Source: Heptranchias perlo (lineage: Eukaryota). Taken from it: DNA of 64,000 nucleotides. Shown piece by piece: positions 35,991 to 50,182 of the stretch; the first letter of the stretch is position 1; the number at the start of each line of letters is the position of its first letter. Position numbers and translations under genes: made by a program. Under the pieces are notes generated by a model. That model had not been told where the DNA came from, searched no databases, and saw only the letters and a program-made list of their open reading frames with translations. The stretch spans positions 3,038,001 to 3,102,000 of the forward strand of contig NW_027139559.1 in assembly GCF_035084215.1 (NCBI RefSeq), given 5' to 3'.

Positions 35991-36879
35991 TAGGAGAAGG
36001 TAGATTACCAACCTTACCGGATACCAGAGCAGATTACCTGAATGGCCCCTGACATGGAACCTGAGAAAATGTCCAGCATAAAGCTCCCAAAATGTGGCAG
36101 TCAGTAACATTGGAGAATAGTGTGTTTGAACGGGAGCAACGAGATGCAGATTGTACTAGAAACACTGGTGAAGCGAAAAGTTTCATCACAGACATAGAAC
36201 ACGGCACTTATCGAAAGGAAAAACCTTCTAAGAACAGAAGAATGTGCGCGGGCAGAAACTCCGATTGGTTCCTTTGCACGAATCCACGCAAATTGTTCTC
36301 CCATGAATTCCCTCCGAAAACAACTGATACTCCCCAGTTTAAATAATCCTAAATCTTGCAACTTTCTCTTCCGAAATCACAAGACCATCCACTTAATATG
36401 TACGTTCCACTAAACCAGATGTCAACTGGTTTATTAAAAACGGGTTAACCCCTCTCGTAGGATAGTCAAGCGTTAACCGTGGTTCCCTGAGACGGCCAAC
36501 AGTGATTTTTAGGGTTAATTTCCTTCCTTGCCTCCTCTGAGCGAAAACAAGGAATGAAGCAATAGTATTAATATCTCTGTCAATGGTATTCACTTCACCA
36601 CTATCATTGGGAGATCTTTTGATATAATCACCCAATTCACGCAAAGATTGCAAATTTAGTACTTGCATTCTGTCGCCGTTGTTCAGATAAATAACTTGTT
36701 CACTTCCACCTCGTAGTTTCGTTAATTCATCTTACATTGTTTCAAAGATGTGTATCATTGTTTTAGTTTTGTAAAGCATCTGAAGTTGTCCTTTGAGATG
36801 TATCTCTTTCTCTCTGACTTATCCATTTTTTCAGCAGCCATTATTTTCCAGGCTCTTGTAGGAATCCAGCCCAACCCTG

Positions 36880-39800
36880 CCAATCATAGAATCATAGAAT
36901 GATACAGCACAAAAGGAGGCCATTCGGCCCATCGGTCGTGTGCCGGATCTTTAAAGCTAGCCAATTAGTCCCACTCCCCTATTCTTTCCCTACAGAACTG
37001 CAAATGCTTTCACTGCAATTCATGATCGAATTCCCTTTTGAAAGTTATTATTGAATCTGCTTCTAACACCCTTTAAGGCAATGCATTCCAGATCTTTGAA
37101 ATTCTCTGCTTAAAAAAAAATCTCCTCATCTCGCCTCCAGTTGCTTTGCCAATGACCTTAAATCTGTGTCCGCTGGTTACCGATCCGCCTGCCACTGGAA
37201 ACAGTGTTTCCTTATTTACCCTTTCGAAACCTTTCATGATTTTCAACACCTCGATTAAATATCCCCTTAACCTTCTCTGCTCTAATGAGAACAACCCGAG
37301 CTTCTCTAGTTTCTCCACGTAACTGAAATCCCGCATCCCTGGTACCTGGTAAATCTCCTTTGCACCCTCTCTAAAGCTTTGATATCCATCTTAAAGTGTG
37401 GTGCCCAGAACTCGACACAATACTCCAGCTGGGGCCTAAGCAGTGATTTCTGAAGGTTTAACATAACTTCCTTGCTTTTGTACTCTATGCCTCTATTAAT
37501 AAAGCCCGGGATCCCGTATGCTTGTTTAACAACCTACTTAACTTCGCGTGCGACCTTCGAAGATTTGTGTGTATATACCCCGAGGTATCTCTGTTCCTGC
37601 ACCCCCGTTAATATTGTACCAGTTTGTGTATGTTGTCTCTCCTCATTCTTCCTACCAAAATGCATCACTTCCAACTCACTGCGCTAAATGTCATTCGCCA
37701 TGTGTTTGCCCATTTCATCAGTCCGTCTATGTCCTCCTAAAGTCTGTTAATATCCTCCACATTGATTTCTACATTTCCGAGCTTCGTGTCATCTTCGTGT
37801 CATCCAGGTCATTAATATATATCACAAAGAGCAGTGCTCCTAATACCGACCCCTGGAGAACACCACTGTATACTTCCCTCCAGTCTGAAAAACAACCGCT
37901 TACCGCTGCTCTCTGCTTTCTGTCACTTAGCCAATTTCGTATCTAGGCAGCCACTGCCCCTTTAATTCGATGGGCTTCAGTTGTGTTATGCTATGTTCCT
38001 TGCACATTGAAAATATATCTATTTGATTGTATATCTCACTATAAGACATTCAGAGCGAGAAACCTCTCTGGCCCGTTGCACTTATTGCGAATTTGGGTCG
38101 ACGCTTCGGAATGATTCATCATCTATTCATTTTAGTCATTGGCAAATTTTGAGGAACACATTCCAGAATGGCTGGAGCCTGATTTTAATAAATTAGCCCC
38201 AGCCTTCTAATCTTCAAGTGAAAACAATGTGTTCTGTATCTCGCTATGCTTCTTTCCAACCAACGTGAAACGGCCCTCTCCCAGCCGTTGGTTTATAAGT
38301 CCATTGACATTTGGATTGAGGGATTTTGAAAATGTTATTGAGGAAGTTGTGGAGAAGATTTTTCGGAAGTTCCTTGGATAAGTATAAATACTAAAGAGTA
38401 AAGTTAAAAATTGGAACCAACTAACCTAAGGATGGGATTAGATTAGAGATGTAAAAGGGAATCTTCTCCAGAAAGGTGAATGAATCGCAGATGTTAGACA
38501 AGGACTTAGTCTCGGTTTCTACAGAAAAGTGTGTCCGTGGGAATGGAAGTGTAGAGCGGGAGAGTGAGGTGCAATTAGATTGAATAACTAGAGATAAGTA
38601 AGGAGTGCTGAGAAGATTGTTGGAACTCATTCTATCCTCGAATGTTGAGAACAGACAAAAAGCAAATAGCAGATGCTCGGCCCACGAATATTCAAACATC
38701 CTAGGATGTGGAATTTGTGCCAGAGGACCGAGGTAAAATCTTTCTCAAAGAAGGGGAAAGGTTTACATAGGGTAAACGCGGGGCCGTCGGCTTACCGTCA
38801 GTGCTGGATCATCTTCTAGAGTCATATTACTGGAGAAAATTAACATTCACTTACAGAGGCATTGTTTCATTAAAGACAGCTAGCACGGATTTGTAGAAGG
38901 CAAGTTCTCCCTGATAAATTTAGTTTGACAGGTCTTCGAAGAACTCTACTCATTCCCATGTTTAATTCTGGTCACTGCACCCCAGGAAAGTTAGATTGGC
39001 CTTGGAGTGGGTCGACCGCAGATTCACCAGAATAATACATGGGACAAAAGGGTTAAAATATGAGGCAAGATTGAATGGATCAGGATTGTATTCCCTTTAT
39101 TATAGAAGATTAATGGGTGATCAAATTAATGTGTTTAAGATGACAAAATCATTTAACAGGGTAGATAGAGAGAAACTATTGACTTTGTTGGGGGAATGCA
39201 GAACAAGAAGGCATAACCTTAAAATTAATGCTATGTCGTGTCAGGTGGTTGAAACGATACCAAATAATGGGTTTGTTAATCAAGTAAAGTTGTTCATTTT
39301 CAATATTCGCAAAGGACTTTGCAGAGGAAGCACAACATTACATTATCAAGGAATATAAAAAAGGAACAGTAAAGTATTCTACAGACACATAAATAATCAA
39401 AGGACAGAGTTAGGGCCACAAAGGGAAGCACAAGATAAACTCGCAGGTAATGGGCAGCGACATGGCAGAAATATTGAATAGTTACTTTGCCTCAGTATTT
39501 ACCAGGGAGAATAATAAGGTGGGCAGAATATTAGAAGAAAAGATTTTTAAAAACATAAGACTTTTAAGATAGAAAATGGGGGAGATAATTGATCAACTAA
39601 GCAAGCATGGAGAGGATCAAACCCCTGAACCGTATGGATTTCATCGGCTCATAATAAAAGAAGCTAGGGAGGAGATAGCAGAGGCACCATTAGATATATC
39701 TAAAAATTCATTAGAAAGGGGAATAGTGCCACAAGACTGGTGGACAGCTAATGTGAAAACTATATTTTAAAAAGGAGATCAGAACAAGTCCAGGGAATTA

Positions 39801-42300
39801 TAGACCAGTTAGCCTAACGTCGGTGTTAGGAAAGATAATGGAATCTTTGCTCAAAGATGTAATAGAAAAACATCTAGAAAGCGAAAATAAAATAAAGAAT
39901 AGTCAGAAAGCAAAGCTATGCTTGACCAACCTTACTGAATGCTTTGACGAAGTAACAGGAAGGTTAGACAAGGGTAATTTAGTAGATGGAATATGTTTGG
40001 ATTTTCAAAAGACATTCGATAATGTAGCACATTGTAGATTCATGACTAATGTTAGAGCATGTGGAGTCAGGGGACAGGTAGCAGAATGGATAGCAAGCTG
40101 GCTACAAAATAGAACACAGAGAGATTGGTTCAAGGGTAGCTGCTCAGAATGGGAGAATTTGGGAAGTGGCTTTTCACAGGGATCAGTGCTCGGGCCACAG
40201 TTGCTGACAATTTATATTAACAATTTGGACTGGGAATCGGGGTGTGTGGTTCATACAAACGTAGAATATGTCAGGTTGCAAGAAGACATTATTAAACTTG
40301 AAGAATGGGCGTGTCATTGGCAAATTAATTTCAATATATGTAAGTGTGAGGTGGTGCATTTTGTTTCGGAGAATAAGGAGGACACATACTGCTTGGATAA
40401 TAAGAGTTAACATGGGGTAGAGGAGAAAAGGGATCTCGGGGTATAGCTATACAAATCAGTAAAAGAGGCGACGCATGTTAATAAGGCCATAAAAAGGCAA
40501 ACAAAGCAATGATTTTCATTTCTAGAGGAATAGAATTGAAAAGGAGTGACGTTTTGTTAAACTTGTATAGAATCTGGCTTTTACCACACTTGGAGTACAG
40601 TGCACAGTTGTGATTTCAATATTATAAAAAGATACAGAGGCATTGAAGAAGGTGTAAAAAAGATTCAAAAGGATGATACCAGAACTGAGAGAATATACCT
40701 GTCGGGAAAGATTGAACAGGCTGGGGCTGTTTTTTTCTGGTAAAGAGAAGGTTCAGGGGTGACCTGATTGAGATATTTAAGATAATGAAAGGGTTTGATA
40801 GGGTAGACGTGGAGAAAATGTTTCCACTTGTGGGGGAGTCCAAAATTAGACATCATAAATATAAGGTATCCAGTGGGGAATTCAGGAGAAACTTCACTCC
40901 CCGATGAGTGGTAAGACTGTGGAATGCGCTAACATAAGGAGTATTTGAGGTAAATAGCATCGCTGCATTTAAAGGGAGACTAAATAAATACACGAGGGAG
41001 AAAGGAATAGAAGGATATGCTGATGGGGTGAGATGAAGTGGGGAGGGAGGAGGCTCATGTGGAGCATAAATTCCGACATAGACATGTTGGGCTGAATGGC
41101 CTGTTTCTCTGCTGTATTCTCGATATAACTGGATGATTTGAGCAACCTCAGACAGTTTAGTTGATTGGGCAGGTCGATACCAGATAACACGCAACATGGA
41201 GAATATAAAGTGATAAATTTGGAGAGGAAGAATGTAAGAAAATATTCACTAAATTGCAACACTTTCAAAGTAGAAGAAGAACAGAGAGACATAGAGCTTC
41301 AGATTGATAGATCTTTAAATGTAGGAGGCTGTGTCAGCAAGGTTAGAGAGTAATAAAGCAAGGACATAACATTAGATTTATAAATCATTTGCTTAGGCCA
41401 AAGTTGAAGATTGTGTCCAGTTTCGGTGCCTTAATTTACGTAGGATGTCAAGGCCACGGAGAGGGGGCAGAAGAGATTCAACACGATTATGCAAAGGATG
41501 AGAGGCGTTAACTATGAGAAGAACATAACAACAACAACTTGCATTAAAATAGCTCCTTTAACGGAGTAAAACCGTCACAAGGCGCTTCACAGTAACGTTA
41601 ACAATCAAAATTTCACACCGAGCCGCATAAGGGATATTGGGACAAATGACCAAATGATTGCTCAAAGAGGTAGGTTTTAAGGAGCGTCTTAAAAAGGAGA
41701 GAGAGAATGAGAGAGGCGGAGTGGTTTAGCGAGGCAGTTCCAGAAATTAAGGCCTTGGCTGCTGAATGCACGGCCGCCAATTGTGCGGCAACGGAAATCG
41801 GGGATCGGCAAGAGGCCAGAATTCGTGGATCGCAAACATTTCGGAGGGTTGTGGGGCTGGAGAAGGTTCCAGAGAAAGCGGGGGGAGGGGCGATGCTATG
41901 GAGTGATTTGTAAACAAGGTTGAGAATTGTAGGATCGGTGGGTTGGGAACGGAGACAAACGTGGGCTCTTTTCTTGAGATCGAGAAAGTTAAGAGGCAGT
42001 AAAGTTTTAAGTGTTTTCGATAAGCTAAATTGAGAGAAACTATTTGCCGTGGTTGATAACAGGCGGGTATAAGTTTAAATGGAGATAAACGATTTGCCGT
42101 GGTTGATAACTAGTGGGTATTAGTTTAAATGGAGAGAAACTATTTACCGTGGGTTATAACTAGTGGCTATTAGTTTAAATGGAGAAAAACTATTTACCGT
42201 GGGTTATAACTAGTGGGTATAAGTTTAAAGGGAGAAAAACCATTTACCGTGGTTGAAAACTAGTGGGTATAAGTTTCAGATCATCAGCCAAAGATGAATG
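36880..42300. mobile_element. CR1/L2 fragments filling the J-C1 intron (36880-37980 -, 38300-41520 +, L2 3' end 41520-41940 -)
   Basis: RT motifs LDFQKTFDNV, SQGSVLGP and LEKLGLFSLEQRRLRG. Confidence 0.8.
42031..42277. repeat. About 50-bp tandem repeat of a LINE 3' segment, 5 copies
   Basis: GGAGAGAAACTATTTACCGTGGGTTATAACTAGTGGGTATTAGTTTAAAT repeated. Confidence 0.88.
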
Positions 42301-43365
42301 GAGATATTAGTAGATTTATTTTTATTATGGAGAGGGCTGTTAGGACACAGAACCTCCTACCAAAAACAAAAAAACAATGCTGTTTGCAGAATCATAGTAT
42401 CATTGGAGGTACAGCACAGGCCGGAGGCCATTCGGACCATTGTGCCTCTGCTCGCTCTTTGAAAGAGCTACCCAATTAGTCCCACTCACCTGCTCTTTCC
42501 CCATGGCCCTGTAAATTAGTTTTAAATAGGAAGTAGGCAAATATTTGAGAAACAAGGTATCGGGAAAGAAGAGGCGAATGGAACTGCGCACATCCGGCCC
42601 CTGATTATAGGTCCCTTCAGGTGAATAGATATAAAATCACAAGCCAAGCCAGGAATGTACAATTTCCCCATGTACACTCCCGCCGTGCGGCCTGGGCGGG
42701 CCCAGCGGAGTTTCTACTGCTAAGCGGATAGCTCTGACACAGAGCCCGCAGTGTCGCGATGGGCCGAAAGAATCCTTCTGTGCTGTAAAATATTTTAATT
42801 CGATCCCTCCCTCACCTGACATTACCAAAACCATTGCTGTCTCTGACCTCTGATGTTACAAACTCGTTGCTGCAATCGTCTAGAAATCCAAACAACTCCT
42901 TCCTTAAGAAACGCCGGTTGCAAAATATTCCTCGGTAAAGTGACGACATGAAACTGCTCCATCCCCAGGAAAATTAAAGCATGTTACTGGTAACAATAAT
43001 CGATGTACATTTAATATCTGACTGTCACTACACACCACTGCACAGTATCGATATTTTTTCGCATAGCACATTGATCATTATTCACTCCGAAATTAACAAG
43101 TGATAAGAACATTATTTGAATGTTCGTTCATGACCGGAACTCATTTATCCCAACACGCCCACTGTAATATCAGCTCATTTAAACCCAGCTTCAATGCATC
43201 CATGTGTGTTAAATTTGGCGGTGTCCGTGGCTGCGAGCAACGTGATATTGACTAGATAATCTGTTTTCGGTGTTGGTTGGGGAATAAGTATTGACCAGGA
43301 CTCGATATAAACGGTTTAATTGTCATTATAGAAGCGAGTAAGACTTTCTTTTTTAATTTTCTCAG

Positions 43366-43683
43366 TAAAACGTACTCCACCGATCATCAGTCTCCTCTAC
43401 TCTGCAAGTGACGAACTGACAGCAAAAGGTTTTGTGCATCTGGTTTGCCTCATCAGCGAATATCAGCCAGAAAGCATTGCAGTGAGCTGGCAGAAGAACG
43501 GGAACGCTGTACAATCGGGCTTTACAACCACATCCCCAATTAAAAATTTGAATGGAGATTTCAGCTCCAGGAGCATCCTTAAAGTCACCCTGCAGGATTG
43601 GAACAGCGGGTCTCTTTACAGCTGCCAAGTGTCCCATTCTGCAACCAACAGTAACCAGCGGAAAGACATTAGAAAAACATCAG
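43366..43683 (+). CDS. IgNAR: IgNAR C1 exon
   Basis: (V)KRTPPIISLLYS...FVHLVCLISEYQPESIAVSWQKN...YSCQVSHSATNSNQRKDIRKTS; 318 nt, AG/GT, phase 1. Confidence 0.96.
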
Positions 43684-44409
43684 GTGAGAAAATGCAACCA
43701 ATTCACAAGCTTGCACAGGTGAAACATGTTGACTTTCTTTCTCAGTATTGGATTAGTTGGGATGTTATTGTGATAATTTATCTGTGCCAGTTTATGGTGC
43801 AGTGAGACAGTAAAGATCATTGGGGATGTTTCAGCAGCAATGGCTGAGGTTCCTGAAGGTGCTCGCTGCCGGGCGGATGTTGCAAAAGGCATGACTATGA
43901 GATCTTGACAAATACATGAATATTATTCTATGGTCAGGGTAACACATTGATCAGCTCTTTCATGATATTGCAAGCAATTTACAAATAATTGTGATACATT
44001 CACCAGATCAATCCAGGTGAAACAGAAAGGAAACAGAACAGAAATGTATGTTTTACACACAAGGGATCAAACTTTAACAATGCGGTTCTGTTACTTTTTA
44101 CATTTGTGAGGATTTATTGTGTGTGATACTGGGTATCAGTACAAAAATGTGTTTAAAAAAATGAAACGGGTGAGAGACGGACGGAGATAGAAACGAGAAA
44201 GGCAGAGAGAGAGATGGACAGAGAGGGGGTGCTGTATAAAGATTGAACCTACAGATACGGACACAAAACCAACAATGAGCTGTTCTTCCTTTCAAAGATT
44301 TTGTTTAAACGATACGGGTAAGGGCCGGGGAATACGACTAAGTGGATAGCACATTCAGAGAGCCAGCAGACACGATGAACCGAATGGCCTTCTGAGCTGT
44401 CGAATTCAT

Positions 44410-44847
44410 TCAATCTTTCTCTCTTTCTTTGTCTCCCTCTCTCTCTCTCTCTCTCTGTCTGTCTGTCTCTCTCTGTGCCTCTCTCTCTCTGTTTGTATCT
44501 CTCTCTCCCTCTGGTGTCTCCCTATATCTGTCTCTCTCTATTTGTCCCTCTCTGTCTCTCTCTGTTCCTTTCTCTCTCTCTCTGTCCCCCTTTCTCCGTC
44601 TTTCTCTGTCTTTTTCTCTGTCCCTATTTCTCTTTCTATATATATATATATATATATATATTTCTCTCCCACCCTGTCTCTCTGTAACTGTCGTCCTGCC
44701 TCTCAGTTTTTCTTTTTCCCTGTCCTACTCTCTCTCTGATTCTCTCCATCAGTCCCTTTCTCTGCCTCTCTCCCTATCTGTCTGTCACGCTCTGTCTCTC
44801 TATGTCCCTCTCTCGCTCTATGTCTTTGTTTCTCTCTCTCTCTCTTA
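44410..44847. repeat. (CT)n-rich polypyrimidine tract with embedded (TA)n
   Basis: Direct inspection. Confidence 0.95.
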
Positions 44848-45057
44848 GCTTCGTTGAGTTGTACATAGTTTTGATTCGACTCAACATACGCGCAAACACC
44901 AAATTATTTTTAAAAATTCAATAATAATCAGTGAGAGACATATTCACATCATACCGTGTTATGGATTATCAATGAAATTGAAATCCTTGATAAATTTCCG
45001 AAACCATCAACACTAAATCATCGCCCCGATTCTGAATCTCTCGTTTCTCACTGACAG

Positions 45058-45360
45058 AGCTCACGGTATTTCTCAGAGATCCTTCCGTTGTCGAAGTTTG
45101 GATCAATAAAACTGCCACCCTGGTGTGTGAAGTGGTCTCTCCGGTTCCCACTGAGGTTACCATCTCTTGGACAGTGGGTGGAAAGATAAGGAATGAAGGA
45201 GTTCAAATTGAACCAGCTAAAAAGGATGGAAACCAGTACCTGACAATCAGCCACTTGACCAGCAGCGTGGCAGAGTGGGATAGCGGGGTTGAATACTCGT
45301 GTTCTGCACAACAGGGTCAATCATCTCCTCCGGTATTAAAACGAATCGGAAAGATAAGAG
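45058..45360 (+). CDS. IgNAR: IgNAR C2 exon
   Basis: (E)LTVFLRDPSVVEVWINKTATLVCEV...SWTVGGKIRNEGV...EWDSGVEYSCSA...KIR; 303 nt, phase 1. Confidence 0.96.
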
Positions 45361-45436
45361 GTGGGTAAAATATCTATAGACATGTCTTCGAATGGCAATG
45401 GATGGAACACTAACACTTATTGAACTTCCGTTACAG

Positions 45437-45754
45437 TCGAGCCAGTCAAACCAAAGCTCCGCCTCCTTCCTCCATCACCAGAGGAGAGTCAAAGTAGGAG
45501 CGCCCCGACTCTCACATGTCTGATAACAGGATTCTACCCTGACAACATAATCGTTTCCTGGGAGAAGGACGGAGCTGCTTTAAGCACGAACGTTACCAGT
45601 TTCCCCAGTGCTCTTGAACAGGACCTAACCTTCAGCACAAGGAGCAACCTCATTTTGCCTTCAGAGGAATGGAAGAAAGGATCAAGATACACCTGTATCG
45701 CCTCACATCCCCCTTCACAATCCGACGTGAAGGCGACCATCCGCAATCTGAAAG
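45437..45754 (+). CDS. IgNAR: IgNAR C3 exon
   Basis: (V)EPVKPKLRLLPPSPEE...LTCLITGFYPDNIIVSWEKDG...EWKKGSRYTCIASHPPSQ...IRNLK; 318 nt, after a 76-nt intron. Confidence 0.96.
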
Positions 45755-48700
45755 GTACGGACCGTTTTTCAAAATACATTTACACAATCAGTGATTTTTA
45801 CTTAAATCTCAGACCAAACTCGTACCACACACGCACTTGTGATCGGATCCCCATAGGTTACAGGTATAGCAAAATATATGGATATCAATGAATGCGCCTT
45901 TAATTCACAGACAGCAATTGGACGATAAAATGATCAGCACTCTGAATATGTTCGCCGCCACAAGCTATGTGAGGACCCAATGGTAAGAAGGGGCACGTTA
46001 AGGATCTCTTCAACCTCACTGCACGGTACCCTGGTGATTGTGGGCTTTCTTTAAACAGCAATATGCAGTAGCTAAAGACACTAAATCCACTTATCACCAG
46101 GCAGAGTGTTCCATACTATGTGGGGAGAAGACTTTGAGTGGCGTTTACTTCACTCTGCACTGCCTGGTTTAGGTTTAGCTGGACACTGAGTGGTTGCCAG
46201 CAGCGAATTTAAAGACAAAAAAGCAGCTAGTACTCAGGGGACGCAACCAATTGATGTGAGGAACTTTGTACATTTCATGTTTTCAAAGCTTCTGAACCGC
46301 CAGCGCTAAACGTCAGAGGAGACAGAAAGGTGTCAATTGACTGAACTCAATGATGTGACCTTCTGTTTCAATGAGTGTAAACTCCGCTCGTGTGATGAGT
46401 TTGTTTCATCTCTAATTGTTTTTTTCGATCAAATTGAAGAGTTTGCACAATAACCGGCCCAGCACCACCGTGCTAGGCGTGGAGAATCGTTCAAACCTCT
46501 GTCGATCTTAGGTTGGTTCCCCGATTACTGCTGAGTTCGTTGATCTCACCTGGTGGCGTTCGGGACCTTATAATCGAGCTTAGTGGCCCGCGATTCGTGA
46601 GGTGGCAATAGCGCATTGTTCTGCTCCTGGTCTCTGGTAAGTGCGTGTATGGTCATTCTGGGAACAACAAGATAGGAGTTGCCTGCGATGCCCTGACGAT
46701 ACAATAGCCTACTGATACTGCGTATGAGCACTCGCGAAGTATCGACCCCTGAGAATTGGATGAGGTACCGGACGTCGACCTATAGTTCACATACACGAGT
46801 GAGGAAAAGAGAGGATATAATAGCAAACCCGGCAATTAGACTCAAACTCGAGCTCCTCCGATTGGTAAGCTCCTGTACACTAGAATGGCCCTGTACAGTA
46901 AGAAGGTGCTGTGTTTCACCCCCGGATCTTCACTGAGTTAACTGATCTCAACTGGTATCTTTTTGGAAGTTCCGGTGGACTACGCACATCCGGGTTACTG
47001 TGGAGAAACCCGTTCTTGTCTCTTACTCGGTTCGGGGGAGACCTTGTTGAAGTCGGGGTGTTTACACCTCTGCTGAGGGCAGGATTGGACGGGGCTTTGC
47101 TGCTTTCACTGTAGAGTAGGCTGTTGATGCGCAGTCTTTCTGCTGATTCACGAAGAATGGCCACTTGAGAGATACTCAAGGCGACCTTCTCCAGTGAAGC
47201 TTGTACCGGAGTAGCAATAAAAACAGACATTTATATATCATCTTTAAGCGCCTCATACCATTTCACAGAGTTGTAAGGAAAACATAACCAAGTTAAATAA
47301 GGGAAGATTATGAGGCGTGACCAAAAATCTTGCTGGGTTTGAAGGAGGGTCTTAAAGTGGGAGCAGGAGGGGGAGAGGCGGGGAGGATTAGGTCGGAAAG
47401 TCCAGCGCGAGACCTGGGATCTAATCAAGGTATCACCACCTTCCTTATGAATGAAAAAGTGTTGTCCGTTTTGTTATTTCTTGTCCTATTCCCGGATCAG
47501 TGGAGTTCCACAGAATGATCAGCGGACTGAAGTTCATACAACACCGACATGGTTTATTTCAGCCACTCAGTGAATGAGAGTCAAAGTAAAAGATCATCGT
47601 TACAGCTACAAACGCCACACTTGTTGCTGCTATAAGAGCTTCCTTACGTTTTCACTCAATCTTTGGCTCCCTCAGATATCAAGGTTAAGTCCCTGAATTA
47701 TCCCTTTTGGTTATCGCTCGCTTCTGACTACTCCAAAAACGGTCTTTTTTTGATAAATTTGAAAATGTCAGTTGACTTTTCAGTGGATTATTCCATGAAA
47801 GCAGCAGCGGATCGACGCTAGAATCTTGTAGAGAAGTACAAATAATTACCATCCTGGAAAGCCGGCTCCATTAACCGAGAGTACAAAGGCCATTTTCCAG
47901 CGGTTGCCCAATTTATTATTAAATCTTCGATCATTCGTACTCTGCACAGACCCAGAAAGTTGATATTTCATATGTCCCCTGAATATCCAAGTGCATTTAG
48001 GTGTCTACTCAAATAGTGGCGGCATAAAGCCTAATGTGGACTTCCCAGAACAATGGTTTGTACAAATTTCACTCCATTTTCACTGGGATTGTTAGACGAT
48101 CATTAATAATATCCTGTAAAACGTACAGCAGAATTTTCCTCCAGTTCTGCTGCTCTGTAAACTGTTACACGATTCTCCCTGTTTGGGTTTGGTTCTAATT
48201 TTCCAATGTGGCATCGTATTGCCCTCAGGTAGAAGCCATGCATTAACAGACTTTTAAAATACCAGGAGGCGTCTGGGATGCTTCCTTACTTCGTTCGTTG
48301 GGAATCCAGGAATATATCCCAATTAGTACAGTTAAAATTAAAACTAAACCGAGTATGTTGTAAATCAGAAATTAGAACAGAAAGTGCGAGAAAAACAGAG
48401 CAGGCCCTTCAGAATCTGTAAAGATAGATGGTGTTGTATGATCCTTACTGAGAACTGAAACCACTCTCTGGAACTGTCTGACCTCCTCAGCCCCACGCTG
48501 TCCTTTCTGTGTAGAGATGCCTCAAAGTTGCTGACTATTTGCAGCATTTCCTGTTGTTATTAACGATATTATCCCGTCGGGTCTGCTCATCCAATGCGAA
48601 TCAAATGCTGTGACTTCCTTTGTAGCACACACTTTTTTCGCCTTTTAGTATATTACAGATCCCAGGTCGATCTTCCCCGAAACTAAAGTCGCCCATTGTC

Positions 48701-50182
48701 TTCATTTTAGAAGACTGAGGTGAAGATCTCATTGTTGCAATCAGACCATTTCCTTCAGTTGGAATTTCTGCTGCTTGTTGCTTCCAAATACCCCTGTGTT
48801 GAAACTCAGTTTACTGCTTCAACTTATGGAGATGATTCACCTTGTTACAACCAATCATCTATTTTCTTCTTACCCTCCTATCATTTCATTTTACTGTTAA
48901 AGGATGGTCATTTTTGGAAATGAGGTATTGCACAAACCCCTTCAGATAAGAGTGACCTAGTAACACACACTGTGAAATAAACCGCACTCATTTTATGAAA
49001 GGACGATAACCTACTGTGATTAAATCAGAGATCCCAGTAGACAAGTATATAGTCATATCTGAGAAGGTGGAAGGAGAGAGAATGGAAGTGATTGTAATCA
49101 GTCCGGTAACAGTTTTTATAACACTCCCCTCTGGAGCATTGGCATCATTGAGAGAAATGGAGCAATTTTAGTGTAAGATTACAAAACAGAGTTACAATAT
49201 TGGACATGTGCAATGGGCCCGTCACTTTGGTCCACTGTGGGGCGTTGGAAAGTTCAGAGTTGAAATCCCAGGTGAATATAATGAAGGCGGAGTCTATAAT
49301 TTTCAGGGCAATACATTAAGCTTTTATCGAGAACGCGGTGGGAGGATTCCTTAAGATTGTATCTCATGCATAAAGTAACGATTTCGACGCTCAGAGTGGC
49401 TCTTTTACTTTAAAACTGAAGGCATGCTCTCCCACTTTCTGGTAGTACTTCCGTTCCTGCTCTCAAGGTACGGATACTAGAGAAAACCTTCCCACTGTTA
49501 CTAGTGTAGATATAGAGCAGGACTGGACCAGGTATATCATCGTGAAATCATAGAATTCCTCACTTTACACTCTTCAAACGATGCCTCTTAAAACTCAACC
49601 TTCCAAAAGCGCTCCCTCCTCGGTCTGATTGGCAGTTTGTATTTCTCTACACTGTCTACCTTCTCTAAGTGAGAGAGCAAAATCGGTGCCAAATGACGCA
49701 GAACATCCGCAGATTGGTGCTGAGGGCACGTTTGCTTTCGCCGTTGATTTGATTGGTCGGTCCGAGACAATCTCATTTCAGACCCAAGCTTTCGAACTGG
49801 AAAAGAGAGGACCTTTATATGAGGTGTATTGGAACCCGCTACATACAGGCCACAGGGCAGCGTTTGACCTCCAGCATCAGTCAGTCTGAAGGGTGAAGGC
49901 TTGCATCACCAGAGCGGGCAAAAAGAGGTCCCCATTTTAAAACAGTCAGTTCTCGAATAGTGGAATGTTGGGATATATTGTGGAGGAAATCATTCAATGA
50001 AGCCAGAGGGACGGAAACAACGAGCCCAGATGGGCTCTGTCTTATTAGCTCAGCAGAAATAAGCTGAGAAAACTCATAACGGCCGACAGTAAGTATGATT
50101 TAACTTTTTGAATATGTTGCAGTCGTTATTACCCGTGGTTTCAACATGACACTTTGAAATTACCATTCCCTCTTCTTTCCAG

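Noticed and set aside
43332-43337. AG|AAGCGA|GTAAGA as a hinge micro-exon before C1
   Set aside because: The following intron would be only 28 nt
44429-44848. 139-aa Ser/Leu-rich ORF
   Set aside because: Translation of a (CT)n tract
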